Positions 1 to 13,146 of a stretch of DNA of 64,000 bases are shown here, one piece after another (position 1 is the first letter of the stretch; each line of letters begins with the position of its first letter). The position numbers and the translations under genes were made by a program. The DNA is from Fistulifera solaris (lineage: Eukaryota): assembly GCA_030295235.1 (NCBI GenBank), contig AP026162.1:124001-188000 (forward strand), given 5' to 3'. The notes under the pieces are model-generated. The model was given only the letters and a program-made list of their open reading frames with translations, was not told where the DNA came from and did not search any database.

Positions 1-3000
1 CATTTCTCGTTGAGCTACCGTTACCATTGACACACAAGCGAAGGCAATGGGGAAGAAGAAACTTTTCCACATATATAGCCAGTTGCGCAATACCTGGGAC
101 GGTACAGCTCGGAAGAGCTGTCACAATTCGTTGCCTGAAGGACTCTTGGGAGAAAGCGCTGTGGGACTGGCTGTCAACAGCGACCCCAGAATCCCTACTG
201 AGGTCTTCTAGAAACGTCGGGTTGACTTTGGCTTCATCTGACTTCAAAGGAAAGCCGAGAAACAATACAGCGACGCAAATCGTCGCTCTCAATTCAACGT
301 TTGACAAGAAAACAGATGGAATTCGATTGGTGGGGTCAACACCTTCAAACTTCCTAGCCTTTTCAATATCAGTATCCGGCTGTGAACCAGAAGATTGGGT
401 CTTCTTTTCTTCACCATTCAAGTCAACTTCCCGGCTCGTCATTCGTGACGCGCTCTGGACGTCTTCGGCACCATAGTAACGGAGATTTTCATTAATAAGC
501 AATTCTGCTGCGCAAGCTTCCCGAGCATGCACAAGTCCAGTTATAGCATAACGGGTTAAGTTCATAGGGACACCAATAGCGCGAAGATAGCGTGGAGCGT
601 CTGTTCCGTAGGCAACCTGGGATAGGTTGACACTAGCTGGACCGTAGCCATAGTCAGAACCGTCGTTTAAAGTACGGTGGGATGACCCAGATTGGTTGCT
701 ACCAATACCAATGCCTGAAAACTCGGGTGCGATTTCGGCGAGCTCAGGAGCAAACTCCGTGATGGCATCCTTATGAACACTAATCAAAGTCATTATATCT
801 GGCGATGTACTCCACAATGGATCAGATGAGGGCTCGTCCCACACTTGGGGATATACATTATCAGAGTAAGCCTCCTTTTCGACTGCATCAAGAATACAGC
901 GCAAACGAAAATCAAGTATTCTCGCATCAGGCATTGATAACAAGCGCTCTTCTTCTTCTTCATTGTCATTTTTGGAACCATCGACTTCGTCTGGCGCCAA
1001 GTCGCCGTCCGTCCTAGACGATTCTACCGGAACACGTCCTCGAGACAAAACCTTGTGCTCCTTGACAACCAGATCAGATTGCTCTTTCACAGCATCGTGG
1101 ACGCGCTTAATCAAGCGCGGGAGAGTTACAAAGTGGGAATCCGTCCCGTCAAACGCGAATGCATCTTCCACTTGTGTATCAGGCATTTCACTAATGACAG
1201 CTTCGGCTTCCGCCCCACCCTTACGTAGTAATGCGGCGTCCTCTTCGCGTTTTGACGCCGCTTTTGCCGCGGCAGCAACGGCAGCTTGTACTTCGAGCTC
1301 CGCTTTGATGCGAGCGGCTTCCAACGCATTATCAAAGACCCCTATGGCTGCAGAAGATGCTGTTCGGAAAATTTCTGCAGCGTCAATACTCGCCGCATCA
1401 GATTGGGAGACACAAGCAATTCGCTCCAAAAATGATAATTCAAAATCGTTGCGCATAGCTTCGTAATTTCCAAGACCATGGATAAACGAACCAACCAAAA
1501 GACTGATGTCGCAATCTCTGTCCCACCACGTAGCTGGTTCTTTGAGATTCAAACCCTTGTAGAAAGTCCCTACGATGAGCGAAAGCTCCTCAGTTGTAAC
1601 AAAGCGGGCTTTAAGGTCTGCATCGAGAGTTGCCAAATCTGACGAACTACATCCTCTTTTTCCGAGCGCTTCGTGACCTAGGGTACTTAAAATTGAGTCG
1701 AGACAGTCATTTATGAAGCAATTCAATCGCGAAAGTATCCCGATCCTCCTCAGAGAACGTAGAGCGGCGCCTTGGCGAAGCTCGGCAACAAAGGCTGGCT
1801 CCGTAATTATTAACGGTAACCTTAACTCCCGTTCAAGGTTTTCCACCTCCGATTGTGTTTGCAATGCTGTGCACACGGCATCGCAAACCCAATTCATCTC
1901 TTGAGCACTACTAAAGCCAAGCCACTCTCTCAGCAGCAAGCGTACATTTGAAGGAACATTTGTTCGCGAGTGAATGCTCAAAGCGACGGCGACCTGCAGG
2001 CCCAGTTGATATATAAACGCCCGCAGAAAGCTTTCAAGATCTTGAAGAGGAAGACCAGACAGGTTGGACTCGCTTCGCAATTTACAGAATCGAGCAAAAC
2101 CAAACCGTATCGTAGCGGCGATGGCGCGATTGCGCTGGGGAACTTCCCAAGCTTGTTTTAATCGTTCTAGCACAGGGTTCGCGTTCTCAGCTCTTTTCAA
2201 AGCCTGCAATCTCTCGTTCTTCTTTGATTTCTTAGGCTTTGGCTCAATAACCTCCTTGTCCTTGGCCTCCTTTGATATTCCAAGCGGAAGCCGCTTGATA
2301 GGCAAGGCGGGTTTGCTCAGCGAAACTTGTTGCTTTTCTGAGTTGATGATTTCCTGTTTCTTTTTGTCGCGTCGTTTCCTCTCCTTAATTTCTTGTTTCT
2401 TTATTTTCTGCTCAAGGCGGAGTCTCTCCTTTTCCTCCTTTTCCAATAATTTTTCTAGCGCTATCATATCCTTCTTTCGTTGTTCCGCTTCGGCTGTGTC
2501 TGCATGCGGATCGTAGACTTGGACCTGCTTTCTGCTTCTTTTGACTCCGTCGTCGAGCATCTGAGCGATATCCTCAGGGGTTTCTTCTTGTACCTCTAAG
2601 CCTACTGCTTTTGACCAAAACTCGGGGTCGTCGAGGTCGACGTCTTTCGTGCCATCATCAGTGTTGGCCACAAAACTTGCCTTGCTGAAACTTCCAAGTC
2701 CGCTACCCAAAGATGAAGTGGCAGAAGCTCCATACGTAACTTTACTCGAATGTTCAAGAAGCTGATCAATATCTGTTTCCATGAATCTTTCTGCTTCAGT
2801 GTCATCTTCATCTCGAAACACATCATATGCTCCTTTTTTCAGCAGCTCGTCAATCTGCTTCGCTTGTGCTTCCTTGTCACTTTTCTTTTCGATTTATCTT
2901 CGCCCTCTTCGCTTTGTTCTCTACTTTGGGACATAACTGCCCTTTCCAATCCAAGCTTTAAACTAGCGCTGTGAAACATGTGCATTTCGTACGTTTTCGC

Positions 3001-6000
3001 GGTCAACAGTCTTTTCAAAATGCATACATTAGTGGGAGGCATTACGTGCACGTCTAATTGGTGATGACGGGCAACTTACCGGTACACACGAACAGCCCTC
3101 GTTTGGCCGATACGATGGGCTCTCGCCATAGCCTGCAAATCGTTTTGACTTTCGAAAAGAGTGTACCTGTCAGTCTCTGATCGCTTGATACGGTAAATAT
3201 GCGTCGTTCACTTACGGATTCCAGTCGCTGTCAAAGATGATTACTACATCAGCAGCAGTAAGATTCAAACCAAGTCCACCAGCTCTTGTGCTCAGCAACA
3301 TGACAAAGCGCTGAAAAGATTTCTTCGTAAATCTATCCACGGCGTGTGTGCGAGATGAAGATGAAGTTGAACCATCGAGTCTCTCGTAGCGATACTTCTT
3401 TATTCTTAATAGCTCCTCCAATAAATCAAGCACGCGGACCATCTGGCTGAAAATCAATACTTTGTGACCGCCGTCGAAAAGTTTTTGTAAAAGTTTTTCC
3501 ATTAGAACCATTTTCCCTGATGACTTTATCAGTTGCTCCCCAAAAAGGCGCGAATAGTCTACAATAGTCGGTTCTCCGTCATTGTCGGCAGCGCTCTTCA
3601 TCTTCGCCGCAGCCTCTGCCAGAATGCGGTCTTCTGCTCCTTTGATCAGATATGGGTGATTGCAGCACTTTCTTAATTCCATCATCACATTCATCAGGCT
3701 AGGAGCGTTACTAGGTTTTGCCCCTCGGAACAAAAAAGATGTGTTGCGCTCGTAGATCGCCTTGTAAAACGTCTTTTGAATCGGTGTTAGCGACACTTCC
3801 AGAATTGTTTCTTCTTTTGGTGGAAGTGATTTCTCTACATCCTCTTTTACGCGACGTAGTAAATACGGCTTGAGGAGCGAGTGGAGTTCATTGACTTGCT
3901 CTGCATCCGTCATTTCTCCAAACTTTTCAAGAAATGATTCCTTATCAGAGAAAACGTCAGGATTTGCAAAACTAAGGAGCGCCCATAGCTCCTCTGTCGC
4001 GTTTGCGATCGGAGTGCCTGTGAGCAGAAGGCAGAAATCGCGAGGCACATTTGCGAGCTGTTCAAACAAACGAGATTTTGAATTCTTCAAGCGGTGAGCT
4101 TCATCCACAATCAGTGCTTTCCACTTGATTTTGGATATCATATGTACGTCTTTCAGAATCACTTCGTAAGTTGTAATCAAAACATGGAACTTTGTGACAT
4201 GTTGCTTTTTCAGTTTTATGGCATCCGGACGGGGAATGAACTGGTCGGTGAAATAAAACTCGTGCGCTACCAAAAACTCTCTAGCGTCAGCTGATCCATG
4301 GTACAATAAAACATTCAAATCGGGTGCCCAAGACATGAGCTCAGATTGCCATTGACCAACCAAAGACAATGGCGCAACAATCAGGAAAGGAGCGCGGACC
4401 TGCGTTGCAGACTGAGTCTGTAATTCACGGAGAAACGCCGCTGACTGAATCGTTTTTCCAAGACCCATCTCGTCTGCCAAAATGCAGGATCTTTTGTTCC
4501 ACCAATTAAACAACAGCCAATTAACGCCTTCAAGTTGGTATCCTCTCAATCTGAACCCCTTACTAGTTCCATCGTCTTCGTCGTCGGCTGGTTTCAATAT
4601 TGTACCGTCATTATTCATAAGCAGTCTCGGTCGGCTTGAAATCCCATATTCCGCTGATTCTTGAAGTTTGCGGAACTCGCGAATATGAGGATGAGGTAGC
4701 TCTCTGTAGTCATTGGGTGGCTTTTGACGATACCAAAAGTCTTCGGCTTCGTCTACAGCATCGCGCTTGATGTCACGCCAATACTCCCACGTCATTTCAG
4801 TAAAAGGCATTCCTTTCCACTTGACAACATACCTTACATTGTCTTCTGGATCCCAAGGGATGTCGTTTTCTAAATCTACGTCCTTGACCAAATGTTGGTA
4901 AAGAGTCTCCTCGGACACTTTGATCGCTTCGGAATCTTTCTTTTGTAAAGTCTCTTGCTCCTCGATCAAATTTGCTGCGCGTTGTTTAGCTAGAACACTC
5001 ATGTCCATCTCATTTTCATCGCACGCGGTGATCCGTTCAATCTCCAAACAGTCTCCACCAAAATATTCTTCGGCAGGTTCCAAAAACTGACCATGCATCT
5101 GTGTTGTCGATTCACGATCCGCTAGCATTATCGATTTCCAATTCAGACCAATGCTTGCTTCTTGTTCCTGGTAATAGCGACGAATCTTGTTGCGAGCGGT
5201 ACTGTTGTTGGATGAATCCAGCCGTATCACGTCGTCAGCCCGTTCCCACGAACAATGCAAATGAGAACGTCCGCGCCACTTGATGAGAAGGACTTCCTCC
5301 TTCTCGTCCGTCACCTCATACGTCCAATGACTTGGGTCTTGTGCAGCTTTCAAAGCTTGCAGAACGGGACAATGTGTAGGGTTGATTCGCGACAACTCCA
5401 TCCGTTTCGCAGGATCCGTCCAAATCGATTTGGCCTGAAGCGCACGAGTCTGGAGAGCGAGCGCATCCGAGTGCTCAAACAATACGGTCGGTTCCGGGGC
5501 TTTGAGAGTGGTTTTCCGCCGCACTTTGAATCCACACACTTTGTCCAGTACCCATATATGCAGGAATGATTCGTTGGAGTACCATAGCGTCGAGGGTATT
5601 CCGGGCGGCGGGGCATCCGTTGCAGGATCAAGTGCGGGCACCACTGTGACCGAGACAGACGATCCTTCCATAGTTGGATCCAGAGAAGCCGCTTTTGGTT
5701 TTTTCGGAGGAAGCAGTTCCATCATGGCTTGCTCTTCTTCTGAATCGGTGTCTTCCAGATAAATGGAACGAGGACGTTTTTGATTTGTCGTCCGCACAGT
5801 GTTTGTGCGCGCGGCTCGGGATCGACTCGCAGCATCTATTGACAAAGAAGGCGAATCGGATCGAGGGAATCCTTCACTCAAATTCAATCCTTTCGTTCGT
5901 ATGACTAATATCAAAGGCTGCTCACTTTTCACACGAATCCGCTTGGGTGGTTTGCGTGGTTCTTCCTCCAGTAAAGAACTCGAATTCGAGGTACGTCTCA

Positions 6001-6307
6001 CGACGGGATCATTCGAAGCACTGGACTCAGGTCGAACCACTTCTGCGGCCCTGCTTTGCAATGCATTATCGAACGATGAGGAAGGACGTCGAGGAATGGG
6101 TGCCTCTAAACTGACTGTACTTCTGGATGGGTTCATCTGTGGTGGTCGGCTAGAAGTCGACGTTGAAGTATGACGAGGTATCGGAGCATCGATAGCTGCC
6201 GAAGCAGACGGTCTGCGCGGGATGGGCACGTCTAGATTAGGCGGTGGGAGACGTTTACGAGGGATGGCGCCCATCATGTCGGAAGACTTGCTTTCGTCTG
6301 GATTCAT
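1..6307 (-). CDS. CHD-family (CHD6-9/Kismet-like) chromodomain helicase; 3' end lies outside the window
   Basis: Two chromodomain-like motifs (LIKWRGRSHLHCSWE, YVVKWKGMPFTEMTWE) and SNF2 motifs ([65 protein letters not shown]). GT-AG introns at 3149-3215 and 3011-3079. One 1-bp frameshift near 2880 in an A-run; the frame appears to stay open to position 1. Confidence 0.9.
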
Positions 6308-7361
6308 CTTGCCTTTGATGCACGAAAACAACGTGAGCGCGACGTTTGTAAAGCCTATCAGCCAGAGCAGCAAGTTCTACGGAGCAACAACAACCGCAAC
6401 AACTCACCGTGACGTGATATTTGTCTGCGCTCTTGCTAGCAAGCAAAGGTGACTGCAGAATCGATGATCAAGGCACAAGTGAACGAATGAGGAGTCGTCG
6501 ACAAAAAATGATAATTAGAGAGCAACAATGTCGAATCTTAGGAATTGAGAGAGCAGCTTCTCCTCAATAGCGTAAGGATGCATGTGATCTGCATTGCTGC
6601 GGACGTTCGCCGCTGCGTATCTGCCGTACATGTTTTACGAAGAAGATTTTTCTCTGGGCATCCGTCATGGTCGCCGAGGCCCGAGGCTGGGCGGCGTTTT
6701 GTCCGCACGTGAAATCCGGAAAAAATGCTCTCAATCAATCAGTATAGTATGACCCAGCGGTACTTATTGCAAATGACGTGGATACGTTTCGTACTTAATG
6801 AATAAGTAGACACTTCGACATACTATTATTTACTATCTTGCGAAATGTTAGATTACGCGGCAGGCGGCTGGATGACTGGTGACTCATCTCTAATGCAATC
6901 CCGGAAAAGCCCTTATCCTTATACGGAGTAAATAAATAATCAACTTTAGTATTGGGCCAGCTAGTAAAATACTTTCGTCGTGAATTCCTGCTAAATCGTT
7001 ATGCGTGCATTCTGATTTCACTGGTCCTGTCATTTTTCATTATTGGTTACTGATGTTGGTGCATTTATTGAAATGAGAAACGGGCCGCCAGGATTTCAGA
7101 AAGCGAGGATATCACAACACTTTTCCGCCTCACCGGCGTGCGCATTATCAAACTCAAAACCTTGCTCAAGGTCAATACGATGTGATAAATACGAGAAAGA
7201 TAGAAAACGACAAGGTACGCTTCACAATGTTATGTTTACATTATCGACAACACCCTCCGGACTTCAAGGCGGAAATACCAACCTTGTCAAGCTTGTAAAT
7301 GCGTGACAACTGCTGCACGGCAGCACAAAGCAAATTCTGAATAATTATACATCTCGTAAGA

Positions 7362-8021
7362 TCACGACGTCTCATTCTCCACCTGCTCATTATCTCGGAA
7401 ATTGTATTCAACTTCCATGCCATTTTCCATGAATACCTGCATGATCTTCATATTTCCAGTCCGATAGGCGACAGAAATTGGAGAGTACGCCTGGTAATTT
7501 CCACTTTCATCCTTCCACTTATCTAGATCATATCCTTTCTCCAATAGTTCTTTCACTTTATCCAAGTCACCCTCTCTTGTCGCTTTCATCATGATTTCAT
7601 CTTCATCACCCTCCAAATTTTTGTATAAATCCATGCTTTGCATGAGAAACTCGACAACTTCCTTGTGTCCTCCTTCTCTTGCCAAGTCCAAACCATCTTG
7701 ACTAGGAGATGCGCCCAGGTCGACCAGTGATTTCACCAAATCCAGCTGGCCGGTCCAGCCCGCCCAATCCAGTGCCGTGTATTCGCTGTCATCCTGTTCG
7801 TTCATGCCCCAGCCATGATCGATAAAAGTTCGAACCATATCACTGTAACCGAAATCAACGGCAATAAATATGGGAGCATTCTTGCATTCTTTCCCGTCCT
7901 TGTCGTTCCAAGTAATAGGTATTCGAAAATCGTACCCGTTCTTTAACAGTTCATTGACTGCGTCCAAGTCACCGCCGACGCAGGCTTTTGCCATGGCGAG
8001 TTGATGCTCTGGTGTTGTCAT
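7362..8021 (-). CDS. Ankyrin-repeat protein
   Basis: Ankyrin-like repeats: ACVGGDLDAVNELL, APIFIAVDFGYSDMV, TALDWAGWTGQLDLVKSLV, AREGGHKEVVEFL, ATREGDLDKVKELL. Confidence 0.85.
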   Translation of the reverse strand: MTTPEHQLAMAKACVGGDLDAVNELLKNGYDFRIPITWNDKDGKECKNAPIFIAVDFGYSDMVRTFIDHGWGMNEQDDSEYTALDWAGWTGQLDLVKSLVDLGASPSQDGLDLAREGGHKEVVEFLMQSMDLYKNLEGDEDEIMMKATREGDLDKVKELLEKGYDLDKWKDESGNYQAYSPISVAYRTGNMKIMQVFMENGMEVEYNFRDNEQVENETS

Positions 8022-8191
8022 GATGTTAGTTGCGATAGATTCAGTGGATTTCAATGATAAAATAATTAATCATCCCCTGCGAGAGAAATAATCGAAAGAT
8101 CAAAAGGAGGAGCTTTTCGAAAACGATCGTTCTATTTTTGCGGTAATCAAGGGGGCGCGCGAAAAGTGCGCGCGACGGTCGACAGATCCCG

Positions 8192-8447
8192 GACTGAAAT
8201 GCAGTCGTGAGAAAAAGTAATCTACACTTTCAGCTAAAGTAAATACGGACGAGAGCGATTTGCAAGGGCATTTGATAAGCAATCGAACATTGCTGCTGAC
8301 AATAATATTATTTTCTCAATCGCTCATACTTGTGCGGAAGAAGCGAATGGGCATGAAAGATAGTATTGGTCATCCGATTGCGAAGAAATACTAATTCATG
8401 ACTGAAATGCAGTCGTGGATAAAGCGGATAACACTTTAAGCCATAGT
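8192..8447. repeat. Two degenerate copies (208-bp spacing) of a dispersed ~210-bp repeat
   Basis: GACTGAAATGCAGTCGTG...ACACTTT..C.A.AGT at 8192 and 8400. The same motif recurs at 14328, 14536, 14746 and 56391. Confidence 0.6.
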
Positions 8448-8613
8448 GGTTAGTGTTGTTGACGACCATCAAGGCTTTTCGACAGCTGCAGAAGATGTAG
8501 GATGTACGTTCTTGATAACCTTAATTTATGTACAGACTGAAATCTCGAGTAACATGTAGTATCAACAGAACCCGCAAACTCCTTGCTTCGTCACACGACA
8601 ACTGAGTATCTTT

Positions 8614-10673
8614 TTACAATTCCAATTGGTCCTTTCTCGGCTCTCCACTCAATAGTTTATCTTGCATTTGTAGCAATTCCGCGTATCGACCACCTTTCTG
8701 CACCAACTCAGTGTGGGTACCGTGCTCGACGACTTGTCCTTCGTGCATGACCCAGATCTCATCACAATCCTGAATGGTACTGAGGCGATGAGCAATCAAC
8801 AAAGTGGTTCGACCTTCAGCGGCTTGCTTGAGATTCTCCATAATATCCCATTCCGTTTGACTGTCCAACGACGAAGTCGGTTCGTCGCACAAAAGAATCG
8901 GTGCATTGGGTTTCAGAATGGCCCGCGCAATAGCCACCCGTTGTTTTTCACCTCCACTTAACTTCAAGCCACGCTCTCCAACTATTGTATCGTACTGGTT
9001 GGGAAACTGCATAATCGTGTCGTGTAAATGTGCTTTCCGTGCAGCTTCCATGACCTGTTCATGCGTTGCCTCCAAATTGCCATAGTGAATATTGTAGTAA
9101 ATGCTTTCATGGAAGAGCACCGTGTCTTGGGGAACTACCGCAATGGCCTTTTGCAGCGATGCGCGCGTCAATTCGGTTTGCACATTGTATCCACCGACTG
9201 TAATATTCCCTTGTTGGGGATCGTAAAACCGATAAAGGAGGCGTAGTATGGTACTCTTCCCGCAGCCGGAAGACCCGACAATGGCCACAGTCTTGCCTTG
9301 CGGAATTTCCAGCGTAGCACCTTTCAAAATGGCGCGATCTTGGCTACTGGGATACTGAAAATGAACATTCTCAAATCGAATGGTGTGACCCATTTGCAAC
9401 GGATTATATTCTCGAGCGCTCTCATGATCGGGAGCAATAGACGATGGTTTCGTATCCGCCAATTGGAACATGGCTTCCATATCAATGAGTGATTGTTTGA
9501 TTTCTCGATAAACGGAACCAATGAAAAGAGCGGAATCGACAATTGAAACAACAGTCCGTTCACCAAAACCAAATCTCCCACGGAAGCCGTTCCATCGACA
9601 ATTTGCTGGGATGTCAAGTACATGACACCACCCAATCCTGCACTGAAGATTGCCGCCTGACCGAAATTCAATAAGCTCAATGACGTTTGTGCCTGTAAAG
9701 CAGCTTTTTGATATCCGCGCAAACTCTCTTCGTAGCGTTCTCCTTCTCGTTTGGCGTTGTTAAAGTATTGCACCGTTTCGTAATTCAACAAACTATCGAC
9801 AACTCGACCGGATGCTTGACTTTCCAATCGATTCATATCCCGACGAAATTGTGTTCGCCACGATGTGACACCCACGGTGAAGGCCGTATACGCCGTGACG
9901 GTGCCCAATGCGACGATCGCTTGGGCACTCCCAAACTGATAGGCCAACAACCCGGTGACCAAGCTGACCTCCAACAAGGTCGGTATGACATTGAAGACAG
10001 CCGCATTGAGTAAAAATGAAATACTCCGCTGTCCCCGATCGAGTATTCGACTAAGTTGTCCGGTATTTCTCGACAAATGAAATTGCAAATCGAGTTGTTG
10101 ATGAACGTGATCAAAGACGGTGCGTCCCGTGTGTCGAATGGCATCTTGTGCGACAACGGCAAAAACCGCATTCCGGAACTCCTGAAATCCCACCGCCGCA
10201 GCACGACTCATCCCGTATCCCAGCAACAAAGAAATAGGGACGATGGCGACATCTCCCGTGGCTGCTGTAGTCGTCACATCAAGGGCATCGACCAAGTGCT
10301 TGAAAAGATAAGGAACTTGAATATTGACCGCTTTTCCAGCGACCATGAGCCCTAACGAAATGACTACTCGTCGCTTGTTCTCTTTGGAACGTTCAGGATC
10401 GTCTGTAGGAGTAATATTTTTGGAAAGCGTCTTCCATATTCTCCATTGCAAGTTTCGTTCCGAAGATGATTGTTCTTCAATCTCTGGTTTGATGACGGTA
10501 GACGGTTGCGTTGTATTTGTGGTGGTGGCTGAAAACGCGCGTGTTGCGTATTTTAAGATGCGAAAGTCGCCTGATAGCGTAGAACCAAGAGGTTGTCGCG
10601 AAGGAAGCGAACGCATCCATGAGAAAGAGGACGCACGGCACGAACGAATCGCTATCATTCTTGCTGTTTCCAT
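8614..10673 (-). CDS. ATM1: Mitochondrial ABC half-transporter, ATM1/ABCB7 type
   Basis: Arg/Ser-rich presequence, TM domain with DSLLNYETV, Walker [10 protein letters not shown], signature [17 protein letters not shown] and IAHRLST. The two ORFs join if one T is restored near 9525 ([11 protein letters not shown]). Confidence 0.92.
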
Positions 10674-10836
10674 AACTAATCTTTCAGTCCGCCAGTCAAT
10701 GAATCAGTTTGATCATTTCTTGTCTTTCGTATGCTTTATCGTTCGATTGCGTTCGCACAATTTTGAACAGTTGCTGAACATTGAGAGGAAATGCTTCGAT
10801 GCTGTTCCTTTTCGCAGTGCAGATTGCGGAGATAAG

Positions 10837-11025
10837 CGTACCCAGAAAATGTGGGGGAGGGTTGTTTACACGTAACCAGAAAATGTGAGCGAGTGGTGTT
10901 ACACTTACCCAGAAAATGTGTGTGTGTGGTGTTACACGTACCCAAAATATGTGGGAGTGTGTTGTTTACACGTACTCAGAAAATGTGGGGGTGGGGTGTT
11001 TACACGTACCCAGAAAATGTGGGTA
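10837..11025. repeat. Degenerate ~34-bp minisatellite, about 6 units (CCCAGAAAATGTGGG...GTGTTTACACG family)
   Basis: Repeated CAGAAAATGTG and TGTTTACACGTAC cores at 33-35 bp spacing; same family as 13147-14232. Confidence 0.85.
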
Positions 11026-11159
11026 TGTGGTCAAGCTATCATAGGAAATGTGTGCTGGGTGCTGGGCATGCGGCGTCGTCTCGTCGTCCTTTTATAGAGG
11101 CCGGATGATGCATCCCATTCATCGACTGCTACAAACACACCACACAAGCACACTAAACC

Positions 11160-12062
11160 ATGGAAAACAAAGCCGCGAAAGAACTCTGGAAGCAACCCAT
11201 TCAAGAAACAGGAAGCTTCATACCCGATAGCAAGACGGCAACGGGGCCTTCGTTCGTCACGACGGCCGAAACGACCGCGATTGCGGCCAAATACAACGGC
11301 ACTGTGTTGCAATTTCTGGACAGTAACAACAATAGTGAGTTGGTATTCGAAGATACGTTCGCTCGGAAAGTGGGATATACGGGAAGAGCACCGGATGGGA
11401 CGTTTGTTCGACGTTGTCAACAAAAACACGGTAATGGGTTGAATGTATGGTATTTGTATCGGACGACTCCCATCCTAGACAATCAAACTCCATCTTTCAT
11501 TGTGCCGGCGAGCGAGTTGGCCGTTAAAGAGAAGTCCGAAACATCATCGGCGGCTACACCATCCACAGAAAACGTCACCGAAAGTGAGGAAGGAACGACG
11601 GAGGCGACCGATAACGACAAGGAGACTGCAGCCAACGATATCACCACCACAACAGCCGAAGACGAAATTATCAACCTGTACTTGTACGCACGCATCATTC
11701 CAGTCCGTGGAACAAGTGGAACGGCATCGTATGTCATTTACAGTACGGTCAAAGGCATTGACGCGGATTGTCGCGAATCCGGAGCTGGCTTTCTCTGGAA
11801 GGATGTTTACAAAGTCGTCAAAATCCCGCAATTTCAGTACGCGGCGCTCATTTTGGATATTTCGGAATATTCCAGCAAAATTGTAGGCAAATCTCAACAA
11901 ACGAGTGCACTCGATGTGCGTCCGACATTTACATTGGCCGCCGGAGTCGATGTGCCGGCCGTAATTGCCTCGTGCGTGCCATTGTTGCCGGAAGGTTCGA
12001 AAGTGTGGCTGGGAGCGAGCTTGGCATCGGATCTATCTGGTATGTTGGCGGCGGCCTTGTGA
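11160..12062 (+). CDS. Hypothetical protein with an acidic Thr-rich insert; weak resemblance to Tubby-C/LURP-one-like proteins
   Basis: 300-aa ATG ORF with coding-like composition. The C-terminal LAAGVDVPAVIA recalls the 'GVD' motif of LOR proteins (weak). Confidence 0.6.
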   Translation: MENKAAKELWKQPIQETGSFIPDSKTATGPSFVTTAETTAIAAKYNGTVLQFLDSNNNSELVFEDTFARKVGYTGRAPDGTFVRRCQQKHGNGLNVWYLYRTTPILDNQTPSFIVPASELAVKEKSETSSAATPSTENVTESEEGTTEATDNDKETAANDITTTTAEDEIINLYLYARIIPVRGTSGTASYVIYSTVKGIDADCRESGAGFLWKDVYKVVKIPQFQYAALILDISEYSSKIVGKSQQTSALDVRPTFTLAAGVDVPAVIASCVPLLPEGSKVWLGASLASDLSGMLAAAL

Positions 12063-12261
12063 GTTGACAAAAATGTGGGAATGATAGATACGGGACTTGG
12101 CGATGAATACTAAAGATGCTAGAATACATGACATAGAAGTAATTTAAGACACGGCAGCTCTAACCGACAACACATGAGTCTTTTATGAAAGTAGTGGCTT
12201 TCTTGTAGTCTAACAAAACTGCACGTGATAGGTTAGAAGATCTCACCGTTATTCTTTACTC

Positions 12262-13049
12262 CTATTCTAAAGCATCGTAGTAGTCCACATGCTGTCCACT
12301 TTTGAACTTTTGATAGAACAATATATCCACAAGTTTGGCTGCAGAATCATCCGGATCCACCAATTGCTTTTGATAGTGCGGTCGGAGGGAACTATCGAGC
12401 AATGGAGCTAGTCGAATTTGTTCCGTCATGTCGGTTTCCAAAGGACCCGGCGCATAATTCAATACCAAAACATCCTCTTCTTCTTGCGCCAAAGCCGCAT
12501 GAAACATATCTCGAGCCGCTTTGCCGGCCGAATACATACCAAGGAAGGAAAGGCTTGTATCGCCACGAGCGAAGAAATGTTCACTATTACTGTTTTCGGA
12601 CAGTTCATCGTTTCGTTTGCCCATTGCACGAAACGTGCCGACAACCAACATGCACTGGTAATGTTGAAATCAAAATTACTTTGCATTGTTTGTAAATTCG
12701 TATTCCGACAAGGACCGATCGGTCCTAAACTACCGGCATTGTTGATAAAATAGAGTTCTGATACGCTTTCGGAGGATAATTCTGCCAGAAAAGATTCGAT
12801 GCGATCGGATAAATCGTCGATTTGACCCAAATCAATTCCATGACAGTTGACTGTAATATTCTGATTGGAAGGCAGTGCCTCATGAATGAATTGTTGTGTG
12901 ACTTGTAGGGCTGCTTGATCTCGAGCCAACAAGCAAATCTTCCACGTTTCCTGTGCCGTCGGAGTGAAAGAACAAAACTGTTTCACAAACGCCAGAGCGA
13001 TCGATCTTCCCAAGCCCCGCGAGGCTCCCGTAACGATCAAAACTTTCAT
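12262..13049 (-). CDS. SPR: Sepiapterin reductase-like short-chain dehydrogenase
   Basis: TGASRGLG, INNAGSLG, VNISSL, catalytic YSAGK and LNYAPGPLETDM. One G is missing near 12540 (should read PSLGMYSAGK). Confidence 0.85.
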
Positions 13050-13146
13050 AATACTGACTATGAATGCTAATACAAGGGAGTTTCCGCTTTGTAGGTATAC
13101 AATAGTATTTGAAATTACCTGTGGGCGGTTTATTTCAACAAGGAAA

